Assembly: GCF_002945325.1 (NCBI RefSeq)
Contig: NZ_CP026606.1
Coordinates: 510,001 to 542,000, forward strand
Length of the DNA: 32,000 bases
Reading direction: 5' to 3'
Source: Methanococcus maripaludis
GTDB lineage: Archaea > AGJL01 > Methanococci > Methanococcales > Methanococcaceae
Shown here piece by piece: positions 1-10,393 of the stretch (position 1 is the first letter of the stretch; each line of letters opens with the position of its first letter). The position numbers and the translations under genes are program-made. Below the pieces are notes generated by a model. It was given only the letters and a program-made list of their open reading frames with translations. It made no database searches and was not told the DNA's origin.

Positions 1-2
1 TT

Positions 3-1202
3 GTTGTAGAGGGAAAAACGTTTCTAATTCCCGAAGTCGTAAGATACACAGAAGTAATGCAGGGCGTTTTTGATTCCAGGTTTGGAAAAACGCTGAAAGA
101 ATATTCTGAAAAATTAAAAGTAAGTACTGGCCTTAAAGGAAATTATGGATTCTTTCAAGGGTCAATTACCGCTTCTTTTGATAAATCAACACTGCAACGA
201 TCAGAATACGAATATTCTACAGTAAATGATGACGTTAAAAAATGGGTAATTGCACTGCCATCTAAAACCGATTTGAAAGTTAAATCAATGTTGGATTCAA
301 CGTTCAGTAGAGATTTAAACGGAAAAATGGATCCAGAAACTCTTTTTGACACTTACGGTGCATACTACTTGCATGAAGTTATAGTTGGTGCCAGATGTTC
401 ATACAACTCGTCAGTGAATAAAAAAACACTTGACCAAAGCGTGAACGTTGAAGTAGCTGCTGAAATGTCTTATAAAAAGTTCGTAAATTCAATTTCAGTA
501 GACGAAAAAACACAGTATGAAAGTCAGATTAAGGAATTCGATTCAAATTCTTCGACAGGAACCGAAGTTCTCGGCGGAAAACCCGAATATGGTCACTACA
601 TAAACCAGTCTGGAAATTATGATAAATGGATTGAATCAATAATTGATTATCCCGTATTTTCAGGATTTACAGAAAACAGTTTAGTTCCGATCTGGGAATT
701 GTGTACTAATGACACTAGAAAAACCGAATTAGAAAATGCATTTCCTGCATATGCTGAGAAAAAAACAATGCCGTACAGTCAGTACTGCATAACTGATCTT
801 TCAGTAATTGAATCCGATAAAGGAGGTGCTGCCCCACCTTACGGATTTAAAAAAGTTGACATGGACTTAAACAAAGGTGCAGGCGGAAAATATATTTATC
901 TCTGCTACAAGGAAGGCCTTGACACAACAACACCAATTACCGACATTGTGGTACTCCATGGAAAAAATGCAGATGCTCCTAACGGCTATACAAAAATAAA
1001 CGTGGATTTAAACCATAAAGCCGGTGGAAAATATATCTACCTTGCATATTCAAGACAGACAAATAATAACCCGATAAGAAGCGTTGTTGTTGTCAAAGGT
1101 AAAAACGCAAATGCGCCTTATGGGTATGAAAAAATCGATTACGATTTAAACAAAGGTGCAGGCGGCGAATACCTCTATTTATGCTATTCTAGGTATTTCT
1201 AA
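3..1202 (+). CDS. MACPF (perforin-like) domain protein with C-terminal three-repeat MABP-like domain; 5' end outside the window
   Basis: The frame stays open upstream of the listed ATG at 57 (VVEGKTFLIPEVVRYTEVMQ...). MACPF signature-like segment FDTYGAYYLHEVIVGARCSY. The C-terminus has three repeats of the type ITDIVVLHGKNADAPNGYTKINVDLNHKAGGKYIYLAYSR. Confidence 0.78.
   Translation, partial: VVEGKTFLIPEVVRYTEVMQGVFDSRFGKTLKEYSEKLKVSTGLKGNYGFFQGSITASFDKSTLQRSEYEYSTVNDDVKKWVIALPSKTDLKVKSMLDSTFSRDLNGKMDPETLFDTYGAYYLHEVIVGARCSYNSSVNKKTLDQSVNVEVAAEMSYKKFVNSISVDEKTQYESQIKEFDSNSSTGTEVLGGKPEYGHYINQSGNYDKWIESIIDYPVFSGFTENSLVPIWELCTNDTRKTELENAFPAYAEKKTMPYSQYCITDLSVIESDKGGAAPPYGFKKVDMDLNKGAGGKYIYLCYKEGLDTTTPITDIVVLHGKNADAPNGYTKINVDLNHKAGGKYIYLAYSRQTNNNPIRSVVVVKGKNANAPYGYEKIDYDLNKGAGGEYLYLCYSRYF
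790..1199 (+). repeat. Three degenerate tandem ~45-aa repeats forming one MABP-like beta-prism domain
   Basis: ITDLSVIESDKGGAAPPYGFKKVDMDLNKGAGGKYIYLCYKE / ITDIVVLHGKNADAPNGYTKINVDLNHKAGGKYIYLAYSR / IRSVVVVKGKNANAPYGYEKIDYDLNKGAGGEYLYLCYSR. Confidence 0.75.
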
Positions 1203-1212
1203 GGTGTTAAAC

Positions 1213-1884
1213 ATGGTAAGAGTAATTACTTGGAATATGCAAGGTGCATGCCATTCTACAGAAGGAAAATGGAGAGTAGATATTCCCATATTAATGGATA
1301 TGGCAGATATCTGCTGTTTACAAGAATGCGGAACACTTCCAAGCACTGCAATACTACATACTGATTATATTTGTGATTATGAAGATTTTAAACTATATAC
1401 ATGGAATCTTGGAACTTGGGACAGGCCCAATATTTATTACATACTCCATTACTACTGGGATGCAGGGGCAAATCGGTGTAATTTAGCAATAATAACTAAA
1501 GAAAAACCTAAAAAAGCCCATATTGTAACAAATGGTACATGGTACGAGGGAAGACCTTCGATAGGCATATTGTACAATGGAATGAATTATTTCACAATAC
1601 ATGCATCAGCAGGTAGTCGGGGTGGCGATGCTGCAAAGATGCTTGATGATATAGATGGATTTATTGATCCGGGTGAAAACTGGTTTGCGGCAGGCGATTT
1701 TAACAGGGAACCTTATGATTTAATTATTTCCTATACAAAATGCCCTGCAAATGGGAATACTCATCCTGCCATACACCCTGAAAAGATGTTGGACTACGGA
1801 GTTTTAAAAGAAGGAGATTCCGTAACAGGAACTGTTGTTTCAGATTATAGATCTGACCATTATCCAGTATTATTTGAGCTATAA
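1213..1884 (+). CDS. CdtB-like nuclease (cytolethal distending toxin subunit B, EEP superfamily)
   Basis: Starts MVRVITWNMQGA...KW; also DICCLQECGTLPSTA, YTWNLGTWDRPN, DAGANRCNLAIITK, GRPSIGI, FTIHASAG, GDFNREP and SDHYPV, which together form the CdtB pattern. ATG at 1213 follows AAGGTG. The upstream start at 1156 lies inside the preceding gene. Confidence 0.85.
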   Translation: MVRVITWNMQGACHSTEGKWRVDIPILMDMADICCLQECGTLPSTAILHTDYICDYEDFKLYTWNLGTWDRPNIYYILHYYWDAGANRCNLAIITKEKPKKAHIVTNGTWYEGRPSIGILYNGMNYFTIHASAGSRGGDAAKMLDDIDGFIDPGENWFAAGDFNREPYDLIISYTKCPANGNTHPAIHPEKMLDYGVLKEGDSVTGTVVSDYRSDHYPVLFEL

Positions 1885-1976
1885 TCGTTTATTTGTTTAA
1901 TAAATCGATTAATTTTTCTTTTTTTTACGTTAAATCAAATTTAAAAAGAAGATTATTTTAAAATTGAAAAGTAACT

Positions 1977-2018
1977 CTTTTTATAAGCTTAATTTATAAT
2001 ATAATTATATTATTTTTA
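1977..2018. promoter_or_regulatory. Promoter block copy 1 containing palindrome ATAATATAATTATATTAT
   Basis: CTTTTTATAAGCTTAATTTATAATATAATTATATTATTTTTA; 40 of 42 bases match 2962..3003. Confidence 0.6.
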
Positions 2019-2048
2019 CGGGATTTTAATTAATTTAGGGGGAAATTC

Positions 2049-2927
2049 ATGTCATTGTTTAAAATTTCAGGAAAATCTGTTGAAAAAATGAATTCAACGA
2101 AGAATATTGAGAGAAAAATTCAAAATCTGTGTGAAAACAACCTTGAAGAAATATTTGGTGTTAAATTTTTAAGGTCTGAATACCCGACTACTACTGGCGG
2201 TCGTATGGATACGTTAGGAATTGATTTTGAAGGAAATCCTGTGATTATTGAATATAAACAGGTTGAAAGCGAAAACATAATTACTCAGGGGTTATTTTAT
2301 CTTGACTGGCTTATTGATCACAAGGGGGATTTTGAACAGGTTTTAAACAAAGCCGGTGTTGAAATGGAAGTTTCTTGGGATTCTCCGCGCGTTATTCTCG
2401 TTGCAAAATCTTATTCTAAATATGACACTTACGCAGTAAACCAGTTTTCTGGAAATATCGAGCTCTGGAAATACATGATTTATGATGATGAAGTGTTACA
2501 TATCGAAAGAATAAACCTTGCAAAAGACGAAAAAGAAAAAGCTATTCGCCATAAATCGAGAATAACCTATCAAACGTATGAAATAGACCACCATCTAGCC
2601 GGAAAACCCGAAAACATTGTAAATTTATATTATTTAGTTCGGGATGAAATTTTGAAACTTGATGAAAATATTTCTGAAAAAATTAACAAATATTACATTG
2701 CTTATTTGATAGATAGACAATTTTGTGAATTTGTGGTTCAAAAAAACGCTTTAAAAGTTTATGTTAATGTCAATAAAGATGATCTCGATGATCCAAAAGA
2801 TTTATCTGAAGATGTTTCAGAGAAAGGTCACTGGCCAACAGGACATACTTGTTTGAAAGTAGAAAAAGAAGAAGATATTCCTTATGCGATGGAATTAATT
2901 AAACAAAGTTACGAGAAAAATCTTTAA
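2049..2927 (+). CDS. Putative PD-(D/E)XK-like nuclease with DUF5655-like C-terminal domain
   Basis: GGRMDTLGIDFEGNPVIIEYKQ resembles a D...ExK nuclease core. The C-terminus (EFVVQKNALKVYVNV...GHWPTGHTCLKVEKEEDIPYAMELIKQSYEKNL) resembles DUF5655. Confidence 0.65.
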   Translation: MSLFKISGKSVEKMNSTKNIERKIQNLCENNLEEIFGVKFLRSEYPTTTGGRMDTLGIDFEGNPVIIEYKQVESENIITQGLFYLDWLIDHKGDFEQVLNKAGVEMEVSWDSPRVILVAKSYSKYDTYAVNQFSGNIELWKYMIYDDEVLHIERINLAKDEKEKAIRHKSRITYQTYEIDHHLAGKPENIVNLYYLVRDEILKLDENISEKINKYYIAYLIDRQFCEFVVQKNALKVYVNVNKDDLDDPKDLSEDVSEKGHWPTGHTCLKVEKEEDIPYAMELIKQSYEKNL

Positions 2928-2961
2928 ATTTTCCTTTCTTTTTTAAATTAATATATAAAGC

Positions 2962-3003
2962 CTTTTTATAGTCTTAATTTATAATATAATTATATTATTT
3001 TTA
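2962..3003. promoter_or_regulatory. Promoter block copy 2 upstream of hsdM
   Basis: CTTTTTATAGTCTTAATTTATAATATAATTATATTATTTTTA; same 18-bp palindrome as at 1977..2018. Confidence 0.6.
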
Positions 3004-3020
3004 GTTATAAGGTGGGCGTA

Positions 3021-4526
3021 ATGGCAAAATTAGGCTTTGAAGAAGACCTCTGGAAAGCAGCAGACAAATTAAGAGGAAATATAAACGCTTCAGATTATCG
3101 TAATGTCGTATTAGGACTTATTTTTTTAAAATATATCTCAGATGCTTTTGAAGAGAGATATAAACAGTTACTTTTGGAAGTTAAAGACGGGGCAGACCCT
3201 GAAGACCCTGATGAATACAAATCAAACATTCATGGAAAAAGTGTATTCTGGGTTCCAAAAGAATCTCGATGGGAATACATCCAAGAACGTGCTAAATTAG
3301 ACTCTATTGGAGTTGTTATTGATGGCGCAATGGAATTAATTGAAAAGGAAAATTCAAGATTAAAAGGAATTTTGCCAAAAGAATATGCAAACCCAACACT
3401 TGATAAAAGAAGACTTGGTGAACTTGTCGATTTAATCGGACGTATAACTTTAATCGACAGGGAGCACTCACAAGATATACTTGGTAGAGTTTACGAGTAC
3501 TTTTTAGGGCAATTCGCAAGTGCTGAGGGTAAAAAAGGTGGTGAATTTTACACTCCTGACTGTATTGTAAAATTACTCGTTGAAATGATTGGACCCTACA
3601 AAGGAAGAGTATACGACCCTTGCTGTGGTTCTGGTGGAATGTTTGTTCAAAGTGAAAAGTTCGTAATTGAACATTCTGGAAAAATTAACGATATTTCAAT
3701 TTACGGGCAAGAATCAAACCCGACAACATGGAAACTTGCAAACATGAACCTTGCGATTCGAGGTATTGAAGCAGATATTAAATTTGGGGATTCTTTCCAC
3801 AATGATTTACACCCTGATTTGAAGGCTGACTTTATTCTTGCAAACCCGCCATTTAACATCAGTGACTGGGGAGGAAATCTGCTTAATGATGATAAAAGAT
3901 GGAAACACGGAGTTCCACCAACTGGTAATGCAAACTTTGCATGGGTTCAACACATGATCCACCACCTTTCAACTACTGGAATTGCAGGCTTTGTTCTTGC
4001 AAACGGTTCGATGTCATCAAATACATCAAGCGAAGGGGAAATCAGAACCAATATAATTAATGCAGGGCTTGTTGATGCGATTGTTGCGCTTCCTTCACAG
4101 TTATTCTATAACACACAGATTCCTGCATGTTTGTGGTTTATAAGACGTGGAAAAGAAGTTCGAAAAGGTGAAACACTCTTTATCGATGCTCGTGAAATGG
4201 GGGAAATGATAAGCAGGAAAAACAGGTCCCTTACTGAAGAAGATATTAAAAAAATTGCAGGCGTTTATCATTCCTGGAGAAATGGTGAAGGTTATGAAGA
4301 TGTTCCCGGATTTTGTAAATCTTCAGATATTTCCGATATTGAAAAACAGGGTTTTATCTTAACACCTGGTCGATATGTTGGATTTAAAGAAGAGGAAGAT
4401 GACGGCATACCATTTGAAGAAAAAATGGAAAAATTAGTGTCTGAACTTAAAAAGACGTTTGAAGAAGGGGAAATTCTTGACAAACGGATAAAAGAGAATT
4501 TGAAAAAACTGGGGTACGAAATTTAA
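3021..4526 (+). CDS. hsdM: Type I restriction-modification system, N6-adenine methyltransferase subunit M
   Basis: HsdM N-terminal domain, [28 protein letters not shown], motif [15 protein letters not shown] at 3021 is better placed for AAGGTGGG than the GTG at 3012. Confidence 0.95.
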   Translation: MAKLGFEEDLWKAADKLRGNINASDYRNVVLGLIFLKYISDAFEERYKQLLLEVKDGADPEDPDEYKSNIHGKSVFWVPKESRWEYIQERAKLDSIGVVIDGAMELIEKENSRLKGILPKEYANPTLDKRRLGELVDLIGRITLIDREHSQDILGRVYEYFLGQFASAEGKKGGEFYTPDCIVKLLVEMIGPYKGRVYDPCCGSGGMFVQSEKFVIEHSGKINDISIYGQESNPTTWKLANMNLAIRGIEADIKFGDSFHNDLHPDLKADFILANPPFNISDWGGNLLNDDKRWKHGVPPTGNANFAWVQHMIHHLSTTGIAGFVLANGSMSSNTSSEGEIRTNIINAGLVDAIVALPSQLFYNTQIPACLWFIRRGKEVRKGETLFIDAREMGEMISRKNRSLTEEDIKKIAGVYHSWRNGEGYEDVPGFCKSSDISDIEKQGFILTPGRYVGFKEEEDDGIPFEEKMEKLVSELKKTFEEGEILDKRIKENLKKLGYEI

Positions 4527-4543
4527 GGTAATGAGGGGGTAAA

Positions 4544-7500
4544 ATGTCTAATTTATGTGAAGATACGATTGAACAGGGGACTCTTGAGCTTTTAAAAAGT
4601 ATTGGATACGAAATAATTTCTGGTCCTGAAATTGCGCCTGATGGCACTTCTCCAGAACGTAAAGATTATTCTGAAGTTGTACTTGTTTCTCGCCTTAGAA
4701 ACGCAATTTCAAGAATAAATCCAAAAGTTCCAGAGGTTGCAAGGGAAGATGCACTTCGAAAAGTATTGAGGCTTGAAAATCCAAATTTACTCATGAATAA
4801 CGAGAAGTTTCACGAGTTTATATTTAAGGGAATTGATGTAGAATATCCAATTGATGGAAGAGTTAAGGGAGATAAGGTTTACTTACTCGATAAAAACCCG
4901 TTAAAAAACGAATTTGTTGCAGTAAACCAGTTTACAATCATTCAAAATAATAAAAACAGGCGGCCAGATATCGTTATATTTGTAAATGGGCTTCCACTTT
5001 CTGTAATCGAACTTAAAAATCCTACAAAAGAAGATGCTACAATTTGGAGTGCTTATAACCAAATTCAAACGTATAAATCGGAAATTTCAGAACTTTTTAA
5101 GTATAACGAGCTTATCCTAATTTCTGATGGTACGGAATCGCGAATAGGTACGCTTTCTTCAAATAAAGAGTGGTTTTTACCGTGGAAATCAATTGATGGA
5201 ACTTCTGAAATTAATAATGGAGTAAGCCAGCTAAAGATTTCAATTCTTGGAATGTTTGATAAAACGCGGTTTATTGACATAATAAAGAATTTTATTGTTT
5301 TTAAAAAGGATGGAAAAGACATTATAAAAGTTATTGCAGGATACCACCAGTATTTTGCGGCAAATCGTGCAATCGAAAAAACTATTGAAGCAGTTTCTGG
5401 AAATCGCCGGTGTGGTGTTGTATGGCATACGCAAGGGTCTGGAAAAAGTCTTACAATGGCGTTTTATGCTGGAAAACTTGCAATTACTCCAGAACTTAGA
5501 AATCCTACAATTGTAGTTGTAACTGATAGGAATGACCTTGACGACCAGCTCTTTGGAACGTTTGCGTCATGTATTGATGTATTAAAACAGACTCCTGTTC
5601 AGGCCAAAAATGCTGAAGACTTGAAGGAACAGTTGCAGGTTGTATCGGGTGGAGTAATCTTTACAACGATGCAGAAGTTTTCTGTAGATGAACTTAATGC
5701 AAAATATCCGATGCTTTCTGATCGAGAAAACATAATCGTGATGGCTGATGAAGCACACAGGAGCCAGTACGGACTTAAAGCGAGATCTGTTGAGAAAAAC
5801 GGTGAAGTTGGTATAACTTATGGTTTTGCTAAATATTTGCGTGATGCGCTACCAAATGCTTCATTTATTGGATTTACAGGAACTCCGATAGACTTTGAAG
5901 ATAAAAGCACCCGTTCGATATTTGGTGAATATATCGATATTTACGATGTAAGGCGGGCTGTTGCTGATGGTAGAACTGTAAAAATCTACTATGAAAGCCG
6001 TGTTGCAAAAATCGGAATTGAAAACGACGTTCTTGCTAAACTTGACGCAGAATTTGAAGAAGTTACAGAATTTGAAGAAAATTATAAAAAAGAGAAATTA
6101 AAGGGCAAATGGGCACAGCTTGAAGCGATTGTTGGAAGCAGTGACAGGATTTCAAAAGTTGCACAGGATATTGTCAATCACTTTGAAAAACGGGAAGAAA
6201 CGCTTAGTGGAAAAGCAATCGTTGTATGTATGAGCAGACGCATTTGTGTTGACCTTTATGACGAAATTATTCGTTTACGGCCTGATTGGCATAATGACGA
6301 TGACAAACTCGGTGTTTTAAAAGTTATAATGACAGGTTCTGCGGCTGACGGTACAGAATGGCAAAAACATATACGTTCAAAAGGAAAACGAAAAGAGCTT
6401 GCTGAACACTTTAAAAATCCTGAAAGCGAATTTAAAATTGCGATTGTTCGTGATATGTGGCTTACTGGCTTTGATGTTCCGTGTTTGCACACACTTTACA
6501 TCGATAAGCCTATGAAAGGGCACGGATTAATGCAGGCGATTGCAAGGGTAAACAGGGTATTTAGAGATAAGCCTGGAGGACTTGTTGTTGACTACATCGG
6601 AATTGCACAGGATTTAAAGTATGCGCTTATGAATTACACTTCATCTGGCGGTACTGGAAAACCAACATATGATATAGAAGATGCAGTAAACCTCATGAAA
6701 TCAAAATACGAAGCTATGAAAGATTTCTTTTATGGCCATGACTATTCAAAATTCTTTAATGGCACAAATATTGAAAAAATGGATGTAATTCCAGAAACTT
6801 TAGAATTTATCCTCACTCAGCCTGACGGGAAAAAGCGGTTCGTTAAACTTGCGCTTGAACTTATAAAGTCATACGCTCTATCTTTGCCGCATGAAGAAGC
6901 CGTAAAAATCCGTGAGGAAGTCGCGTTCTTTACAGGGGTTAAAGCGGCACTGTATAAAAATACGGAAATTTCAGGAAAACCAGAAGATGAACTAAACAGC
7001 GCGATAAAACAGATTGTATCGGGTGCAGTTCGAACTGATGGAATAATCGATGTATTTGGTGAAGCAGGACTTGAAAAACCCGATATTTCGATTCTGTCTG
7101 AACAGTTCCTCGAAGATGTAAAAAACATGAAATATAAAAATTTAGCACTTGAAACGCTTAAAAAAATATTGAATGACGAAATAAGGGCTAAATTTAAAAA
7201 CAATCTTTTGCAGGAAAAGAAATTTTCAGAGATGATTGAAAACGCGATTAAAAGATACCACAATAAAGCGATAGATTCGGCGGCAGTTATTCAAGAACTC
7301 ATAGCAATTGCGAAAGAAATTGAAAACGCTAAAAGAAGAGGGGAAGAATTACATTTAACTGAAGAAGAGCTCGCATTTTACGATGCGTTATCAGACAACG
7401 ATTCAGCAAAGGAAATTTTAGGAACAGAGATTTTAACAGAAATTGCACGAGAACTTACAGAAACATTAAGGAATAGCGTATCTATTGACTGGGAAGTTAG

Positions 7501-7642
7501 GGAAACTGTAAGGGCAACTTTAAGAGTTAAAATTAAAAGGTTACTTCGAAAATATGGCTATCCTCCAGACAAACAGCAGATTGCAGCGGACCTTGTTTTA
7601 AAACAGGCTGAAACAATTTCTAAAGAATGGATTAAGACTTAA
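4544..7642 (+). CDS. hsdR: Type I restriction enzyme subunit R
   Basis: HsdR N-terminal nuclease region ([19 protein letters not shown]), Walker [16 protein letters not shown] box [11 protein letters not shown], and the [33 protein letters not shown] motif. Confidence 0.96.
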   Translation: MSNLCEDTIEQGTLELLKSIGYEIISGPEIAPDGTSPERKDYSEVVLVSRLRNAISRINPKVPEVAREDALRKVLRLENPNLLMNNEKFHEFIFKGIDVEYPIDGRVKGDKVYLLDKNPLKNEFVAVNQFTIIQNNKNRRPDIVIFVNGLPLSVIELKNPTKEDATIWSAYNQIQTYKSEISELFKYNELILISDGTESRIGTLSSNKEWFLPWKSIDGTSEINNGVSQLKISILGMFDKTRFIDIIKNFIVFKKDGKDIIKVIAGYHQYFAANRAIEKTIEAVSGNRRCGVVWHTQGSGKSLTMAFYAGKLAITPELRNPTIVVVTDRNDLDDQLFGTFASCIDVLKQTPVQAKNAEDLKEQLQVVSGGVIFTTMQKFSVDELNAKYPMLSDRENIIVMADEAHRSQYGLKARSVEKNGEVGITYGFAKYLRDALPNASFIGFTGTPIDFEDKSTRSIFGEYIDIYDVRRAVADGRTVKIYYESRVAKIGIENDVLAKLDAEFEEVTEFEENYKKEKLKGKWAQLEAIVGSSDRISKVAQDIVNHFEKREETLSGKAIVVCMSRRICVDLYDEIIRLRPDWHNDDDKLGVLKVIMTGSAADGTEWQKHIRSKGKRKELAEHFKNPESEFKIAIVRDMWLTGFDVPCLHTLYIDKPMKGHGLMQAIARVNRVFRDKPGGLVVDYIGIAQDLKYALMNYTSSGGTGKPTYDIEDAVNLMKSKYEAMKDFFYGHDYSKFFNGTNIEKMDVIPETLEFILTQPDGKKRFVKLALELIKSYALSLPHEEAVKIREEVAFFTGVKAALYKNTEISGKPEDELNSAIKQIVSGAVRTDGIIDVFGEAGLEKPDISILSEQFLEDVKNMKYKNLALETLKKILNDEIRAKFKNNLLQEKKFSEMIENAIKRYHNKAIDSAAVIQELIAIAKEIENAKRRGEELHLTEEELAFYDALSDNDSAKEILGTEILTEIARELTETLRNSVSIDWEVRETVRATLRVKIKRLLRKYGYPPDKQQIAADLVLKQAETISKEWIKT

Positions 7643-7670
7643 ATTTACATGAAAAAAGGTTTGATAAAAA

Positions 7671-8984
7671 ATGGAAAATGAATTTAAAGATACAGAGATT
7701 GGAAAAATTCCTGTTGATTGGGAAATTGGGGAATTAAAAGACCTTGCAAATATCACAATGGGGCAATCTCCACCATCAAAAACATACAATGAATGTGGTG
7801 AAGGATTGCCATTTTTTCAAGGTCGGAAAGATTTTGGTTTAAAGTACCCCACAGTTACAATGTGGTGTAATGAACCGAAAAAAACCGCTGAAAAAGGTGA
7901 TGTATTAATTTCAGTGAGGGCTCCAGTTGGAGATATAAACATGTCCATACAAAAATGCTGTATTGGGCGTGGTTTGGCTTCATTAACCCATAAAGTATTG
8001 GATGACAATGAATTTTTATATTATTTAATGAAAGAATCTGAAAAAAGATTGGTGGGAATGTATGAAGGTACAGGTACAGTTTTTAGTGCAGTTACTAAAA
8101 ATGATTTAACCACATTTACGATACCATTCCCACCACTCGAAGAACAGCAAAAAATCGCACAAATTCTATCATCAATCGACGACAAAATCGAAAACAACAA
8201 CCAACAAAACAAAATTTTAGAAGAAACCGCTAATTCAATTTTTAAAGAATGGTTTGTCGATTTCAATTTTTTAAATGAAGATGGACTTTCCTATTTAGAA
8301 AATGGCGGAGAAATGGAATTTAACGAGGATTTAGGAAGTGAAATTCCAAAGGATTGGAAAGTTGGGAAATTAAGAGATGTAGTGGACTACTATATCGGCG
8401 GTGGCTGGGGAAAAGAAGAAAAAGAAAATGATTTTCCACAGGATGCTTTTGTTATTCGAGGAACGGATATTCCAAATGCCCGATATGGAGGTATTAAAGA
8501 TATTCCTTTAAGATACCATAAAGAATCAAATTATGCATCAAGAACTATAAAACCCTTTGATATTGTGTTAGAAGTTTCAGGAGGCAGTAAAGGACAGCCT
8601 GTTGGTAGAAGTTTAATGATTCTTCCAGAATTATTAAATCAACTCGATAATAAATTAATCTGTGCGAGTTTTTGTAAATTAATGAGATTAAAAGATATTA
8701 TAAGTCCATATTACGTCGATTTATTTATAAAAGACCTGTATTCTACCGAAAAAATTATGCTGTACCAGCAACAATCAACGGGAATTTCAAACTTCAAATT
8801 TGAATTTTTCCTAGATGATGTAAATGTAATAATCCCTAATGAAAGGATAAAAGAACAGTTTAATGATATTTTAAAAGATATATATTCAAAAATTGGGCAA
8901 AATGGTATTCAATCCCAAATTTTAGCGAAAAAAAGAGATTTACTGCTTCCAAAATTGATGAACGGGGAAATTCGATTAAAATAA
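7671..8984 (+). CDS. hsdS: Type I restriction-modification system specificity subunit S
   Basis: Two target-recognition domains separated by coiled coils (PLEEQQKIAQILSSIDDKIENNNQQNKILEETANSIFKEWFVDF; C-terminal ILAKKRDLLLPKLMNGEI). Confidence 0.95.
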   Translation: MENEFKDTEIGKIPVDWEIGELKDLANITMGQSPPSKTYNECGEGLPFFQGRKDFGLKYPTVTMWCNEPKKTAEKGDVLISVRAPVGDINMSIQKCCIGRGLASLTHKVLDDNEFLYYLMKESEKRLVGMYEGTGTVFSAVTKNDLTTFTIPFPPLEEQQKIAQILSSIDDKIENNNQQNKILEETANSIFKEWFVDFNFLNEDGLSYLENGGEMEFNEDLGSEIPKDWKVGKLRDVVDYYIGGGWGKEEKENDFPQDAFVIRGTDIPNARYGGIKDIPLRYHKESNYASRTIKPFDIVLEVSGGSKGQPVGRSLMILPELLNQLDNKLICASFCKLMRLKDIISPYYVDLFIKDLYSTEKIMLYQQQSTGISNFKFEFFLDDVNVIIPNERIKEQFNDILKDIYSKIGQNGIQSQILAKKRDLLLPKLMNGEIRLK

Positions 8985-8985
8985 A

Positions 8986-9426
8986 TTAATTCCCAATAAT
9001 TTTTTTATAATCCCCTTCCCCAATCTGGGCCATTGCTCGTCTTAATGAACCGGACCAGTGCATTTTATTTTTAATAAATTCCATTTCGGGAACCAATTCT
9101 TTAAACAAAATCGGTTTTTCAAATATCTTAATTTCTTTTAATTTAATCCTTAACGGATACACTTCTTTTGGATTATTTGGGTGTGCTTCAAAGATTTTTT
9201 TATTATCTTCTTTAATTTCAGAAGTTACCTCATAAACTGCTCGTATATATTGCGGTTTTGCTTCAGATATTTTAGTTTTTGATTTTCCCATTTCGTAAAT
9301 TATTAAATAATCCCCTAAATTCACTTTTGAAATTGTATTTTTGTAAGTTTCAGAAACTCCCCAGATTTTCTTTTCTTTTATTACATTCCAGTTTTCCTCA
9401 GTCGTAATACATAAAAAATAGTTCAC
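8986..9426 (-). CDS. EVE (PUA-like, UPF0310-type) domain protein
   Basis: Read from the minus strand, GTG start at 9426: [26 protein letters not shown]...[10 protein letters not shown]...[29 protein letters not shown]. Confidence 0.75.
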   Translation of the reverse strand: MNYFLCITTEENWNVIKEKKIWGVSETYKNTISKVNLGDYLIIYEMGKSKTKISEAKPQYIRAVYEVTSEIKEDNKKIFEAHPNNPKEVYPLRIKLKEIKIFEKPILFKELVPEMEFIKNKMHWSGSLRRAMAQIGEGDYKKIIGN

Positions 9427-9504
9427 TTAAACCACCTGAAAATTAAAAACACTTTTAACACAATAATTTTGTAAATTTTGGTATAATATAATTATGTTTT
9501 AAAT

Positions 9505-10032
9505 CTAACTTTTTAAATTTTCTAAAATCCAATTAACCGCAGATTCTAATTCTTCATTTGATTTTACGCCATTTATTATAATTTTTCCCGATTTGAATAT
9601 TAAAAAAGTAGCTTTTGGAGTTTCGGTTTTTAAAACTGCACCCGGAAACTGTTCTGGCTCATATTCTGCCCCAAAATGTTCAGAAAGTTCTTCGAGATCG
9701 AATTTTTTATTCAAAGCTATATTCGCAACAATATTGTAAATTTTAATTTTTGGTCTTTTATCAGTGAAATCTAACTCATTTAATTTATCAACAACTTCCA
9801 AAACTGCGCTTTTTGCTTCTTCAATCGATTTTGAGCCAGCAGTATTTAATTTTCCAGATTTAAATATTGTAACTATCCTTTTTGTATCGGGGCGTCGGAT
9901 ATAGACACAATGGTAACTATCGGGATCATATTCTGCATTTTCTATTAATGGATAAATTTCTTCCAAATTCATTGGAGTTTTAAGGTCACATGACCCGACA
10001 ACATTTACAATTTTAATTTCTGGAAGTTCCAT
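9505..10032 (-). CDS. Divergent TATA-box-binding protein paralog
   Basis: Two TBP-like repeats: IKIVNVVGSCDL...YDPDSYHCVYIRRPDTKRIVTIFKSGKLNTAGSKS and IKIYNIVANIAL...EYEPEQFPGAVLKTETPKATFLIFKSGKIIINGVKS. Confidence 0.9.
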   Translation of the reverse strand: MELPEIKIVNVVGSCDLKTPMNLEEIYPLIENAEYDPDSYHCVYIRRPDTKRIVTIFKSGKLNTAGSKSIEEAKSAVLEVVDKLNELDFTDKRPKIKIYNIVANIALNKKFDLEELSEHFGAEYEPEQFPGAVLKTETPKATFLIFKSGKIIINGVKSNEELESAVNWILENLKS

Positions 10033-10225
10033 CGTTTTTGCCTTGATTAAAAATTTTTCTTTGATTTTAAAGTGTTAATTACATTATTTATTTGTTTTTA
10101 AGTTATATAAAATTCAATAAAAAAAAGCCCCTTAATAATTACTCGGGGGGATTAATTATATATCTATATAATTAATTAGGAAATAAAACAATAATAAATG
10201 CTTATTTTATCATATAGAAAATAGA

Positions 10226-10393
10226 TTATTCTTCATCTTCGGCTTTGAAGATAATTAAACATTTTTTTCCATCGATAACGTCTAATTTTTTATCAATGTC
10301 TTCATTTTCGTCTACGCCGATAAATTCTAATTCTGTTTTATTTAATCCGCAAACGAAGCCACTTCCAACTTTTCGAACTTTTACTTTTACCAT
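10226..10393 (-). CDS. Small hypothetical protein, 55 aa, absent from the supplied ORF track; possibly AbrB-like
   Basis: Manual minus-strand translation: MVKVKVRKVGSGFVCGLNKTELEFIGVDENEDIDKKLDVIDGKKCLIIFKAEDEE. An in-frame upstream ATG (MEDFMVK...) is an alternative start. Confidence 0.5.
   Translation of the reverse strand: MVKVKVRKVGSGFVCGLNKTELEFIGVDENEDIDKKLDVIDGKKCLIIFKAEDEE

Noticed and set aside
4447-7263. Numerous minus-strand ORFs of 63-148 aa inside hsdM/hsdR
   Set aside because: Antisense to strongly supported coding sequence, low complexity, no recognisable families or consistent ribosome-binding sites.
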